Under the pieces are notes generated by a model that had not been told where the DNA came from, searched no databases, and saw only the letters and a program-made list of their open reading frames with translations. A DNA stretch of 64,000 nucleotides. Origin: the human T2T-CHM13v2.0 reference genome, Homo sapiens. The stretch is from assembly GCF_009914755.1 (NCBI RefSeq), contig NC_060926.1; one strand, 5' to 3'. Made by a program: the position numbers and the translations under genes. This document shows positions 60,331 to 64,000 of this stretch, piece after piece; position 1 is the first letter of the stretch; each line of letters opens with the position of its first letter.

Positions 60331-60904
60331 AGGCTGATTTTATCTAATGTAGTTCAGATGCATGTACTCAAGTAGGCAGAGAGGCAGATAGTCTAGTCTG
60401 GTTGGATAGAAAGGATTTACTTGAACACATGTTTCAGTGTTGGCTAAAAGCCACAGCCTGCAATGCACCAAAAGTAGCATTGTCTTCAAATACAAAGATC
60501 AGTAACTGTTCTTATTAGTTTGGTTTGGTCATTACGAATCTTCTAGCACCTCCCAAGAGTAAAGGGAATGGTCAGTTGCATAGGCTGGTGCATCACGACC
60601 TTAAGAGCAATAGTGACGTGAAGGAGGAGAAACAGCATTTCAGAACTGTGTAAGTGTATCATTGGACATATTGCTTTTTAAGTGATTGGTCCTCTCGTGA
60701 CATTTTCTACTTAAGAGGGCACAGCACAACCAGTATTGGTAGTTGTCCACCAACTCTGGTCTCCTCTTCCTCTCGGGTACATGACTAGCTACAATTCCAC
60801 ATGGTGGAATTTCATGCGGCCATTAAAATTTTATGCTGTTGAAGAAAATGTATTGAAGTAGGGAAATGCTCACAATATAACAATAAGTGGAACACAGCAG
60901 AATA

Positions 60905-61420
60905 CTCAGGGGCCTGCAGGCCTTCCATGATCTGAGTCTCCCCAGTCCCCAACTCTGACCCCATTTCCGACCACATTGCCCCTTATTCACTCCACTCCAG
61001 CCACCCTGGACTCCTGAATGTTTCTCCAACATGTCCAGTCTTTGCAGCCCTGGGACTTTGCTCTTGCTCGTCCCTTCTGTCTGCAACAGTGCCCTGAGAT
61101 ACTGCATGGCTGCTCCTTCACTTTCTTCAGTCTCTGTTTGCATCTCACTTTATCAGCAAGATGGTCCCTAACTACTCCATATAAAGATAGTAATCTCGCC
61201 TCACCCGACCCGCTGTACCCCATGCTCCAGCCCTTTTACCCTGCCTTATTTTTCTCGATACTCTTTATCGCTGCCTGGCATATGACATACACTCATGTTT
61301 ATTCATTTATCCTCTATCTTCCCATGAGGATTGCAGCTCCCTGAGGACAGGAACTTTGTTCATTTTTGTATCTGTAACACATGGTAGGCCATCAATCAAT
61401 ATTGTGAGATAGATGGATAA
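60905..61420 (+). mobile_element. L2 3' region
   Basis: CTCCAGCCACCCTGG...GCTCCCTGAGGACAGGAACTTTGTTC...GGTAGGCCATCAATCAATATT. Confidence 0.75.
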
Positions 61421-61701
61421 GATATGTGACTATGATCAACAATAGTATAAGACTTTTGTACAAAAATCTCATTCAAACGAACGAGGAGGTGATATACCAA
61501 ATGTTAACTGTGGTGGCTCTTGGATGGCTAGATTGTTGATGATTTTGATTTTTTCATTATACTTTTCTATAATTTTGAAACTTTTATGGTAAATATGTTA
61601 CAATGAGAGAGAAATCAATATGTTGTTATTATTTTAAAATTCCATTATTTACAACAATCACTAATACCTGTGCTGGTCAAATGTTCAAAATTGTAGAACA
61701 A

Positions 61702-61976
61702 TTTTTTTTTTTTTTTTAAGAGAGAGTCTTGCACTGTCACACAGGCTGGAGTACAGTGATGTGATCAGAGCTCACTGCAGCCTCAGACTCCTGGCCTCAA
61801 GTGATCCTTCTGTCTTGGCCTCCTGAGTAGCTGGGACTATAGGTGTGCACCACTACATCCTGCTAATTTTTTACAGACAGGATCTCACTATGTTGCCCAG
61901 GCTGGTCTTGAATGCCTGGCCTCAACCAATCCTCCCAAAGTGCTGAGATTACAGGCGTGAGCCATCACACCCAGCT
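61702..61976 (-). mobile_element. AluJ
   Basis: GCTCACTGCAGCCTCAGACTCCTGGCCTCAAGTGATCC; small internal deletions. Confidence 0.9.
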
Positions 61977-63289
61977 GCAATTCTATTTTTTTTTTTAGAA
62001 GTTCTCACTTTTTCCATTTGACAAATCTGGTGACTCTTCCACAGAGCTACATTTTATCAGCTACTGCCTCCTGGTATTTCCTTCCTCTGCCTGTTCCACT
62101 TCAACAAGCACCTCGAGGCTGCAGAATTTCTTTCTGGGCTCTACATCATTTACAAAAGAGGCTTATTACTCTCTGCATCTAGTGTGTTTGGCCCAGTGCC
62201 AGAGAGATCTGCCAAGCCTTCCTTCTCTTCCTCCTCTTCCCCAGCCCAGCCTCTTCCTGGAGTTCCTTCCTGGGACCTGCAGTGCCAAGTGCTGGGGGAG
62301 ATGAGGGAGTGAGTGGCCTTTCAAGTCCCTCAGGCCTCCAAGGCAGAAGGTGAAGGTTACTTGCGGGGATTAGCTGAAAACAGAGGAGCCTGATTTGGGA
62401 CAATGCATTAATTCCCTGAAGAGAGTTTATCACAGGAGCTACCTCCAAAAAGTCCCACCTGCATAGGGATCTGCAGCTAGCCCTGAGAGGAAAACATATC
62501 CCAGCAGCCATGCGAACTGAAAGAGTCTTTCCTTAAAAGGGAAGTGACTCTTGGCTCAAAACCTTAGGGCTCCCTTTATGGGTCCCCTCGCATTTCTTCC
62601 TAGTGTGGAATACCCAGCCACACAAGGTGAACGAAGGGTTATCATTCAGAACAGACACTATTGTTTCACTTGCCACAGCACCTCATTTATTTAAAAATAA
62701 TGATCTAAATACAAAGAGTAGCCATCCTCTTGAAAACCAGACACACATCCATAATGACCAGCGGGTGCACAGGCCTGGGCTTGAAGGAAGGAAATCATCA
62801 GAAACAACAGGATAATGCTCCTCCCTCAGGGCATGGGTAGTGGTGAGCATTTTCAAGGTGAGGTGGACGACATTCAATTATTATTTATAGACCCAGTGGG
62901 GAGGGCTTTGGGGCTGCTGGGAAGCCTGTGGCAGCCGGGGACAGCACGGGCTTTGTTTGAGCAAAGATACCTATGTCCTGGGTATTGGGATGGAGTACCC
63001 GCCCCAGGCCAGCAGCTCCAGTGCACGCCCAGGAGGAGGCTTCCTCTTGCTGGCCTCTTAAACATGGCTTGCGATAGCAATAGTTGTGCCTTCTTAGAAT
63101 GTGCAGCAGTGTGCTTAGGAATCCTGGGTGTCTCTGAACCATAGCTGCCCAGAAAAGAACTTCAACATGCACCCTTTGTCCTAGGCCAATCTCTACTTCC
63201 ATTTCAAAATCCACAGACCTCCGAATTGGGTCCCTCCTCTGCAGTCTGAACACAGTGGGTATGTCTTTATTTATCACCCTCCATATTGT

Positions 63290-63423
63290 ATAAGAATGAT
63301 TGGATCAGGTGTCTGTTTCCCTTACTAGAGAGCAGAGTCCTTAGAAGTAGGCACCTGATGTTAACTCATATTTGTAGATCCTGTGCCTGGCACACATAGG
63401 TGCTCAATTAATAGTTCATGAAT
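63290..63423 (+). mobile_element. L2 3' end
   Basis: TGTCTGTTTCCCTTACTAGA...GTGCCTGGCACACATAGGTGCTCAAT. Confidence 0.65.
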
Positions 63424-63480
63424 CGATTTGTGGAGTCTGTCTTTGAAAAGCTCATTTTAAAACATTCCAAATGATGGTGA

Positions 63481-63807
<327 letters not shown>

Positions 63808-63822
63808 GTTTTCCTTTTTCTT

Positions 63823-64000
63823 TTGAGACAGGGTGTCACTCTGTTGCCTAAACTGGAGTGCAGTGGCGCAGTCATAGTTCATGGCAGCCTCAACTTTTCG
63901 GGCTCAAGTATCCTCCTACCATGCCTGGCTAATTTTTGTATTTTTTGTAGAGACAGGGTTTTGCCACGTTTCCCAGGCTGGTCTCAAACTCCTGAACTCA
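63823..64000 (-). mobile_element. AluJ, internally deleted, runs off the window
   Basis: GAGACAGGGTGTCACTCTGTTGCC...GGGCTCAAGTATCCTCCTACC|ATGCCTGGCTAATTTTTG. Confidence 0.88.

Overview
This is primate, probably human, non-coding DNA (AluY/AluS/AluJ, L1PA, MER41). I find no supportable host protein-coding exon, RNA gene or processed pseudogene, and no evidence of a new biological system. The only recognisable protein-coding sequence is decayed L1 ORF1/ORF2. The window is a mosaic of interspersed repeats: about 20 Alus, MIRs, L2s, old L1s, MaLR/ERV1 solo LTRs and Tigger/hAT fossils. The best observations concern genome mechanics. (i) A 97-bp L1 insertion with a perfect 17-bp TSD appears to carry a 3' transduction (41604-41734). 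(ii) A ~230-bp unique segment was copied 1.65 kb downstream into a MIR with no poly-A or TSD. (iii) A full-length L1PA6/7-like element sits in a MER61 LTR inside an MST LTR; it splits the LTR's OCT/KLF motifs from its CCAAT/TATA and has an extra 17-bp unit in its ZNF93-target segment. (iv) A chimeric L1 3'UTR has a fold-back scar at its junction. There are also several motif-dense candidate enhancers. Subfamily names come from recalled consensus sequences and need RepeatMasker/Dfam confirmation; boundaries of old repeats are approximate.
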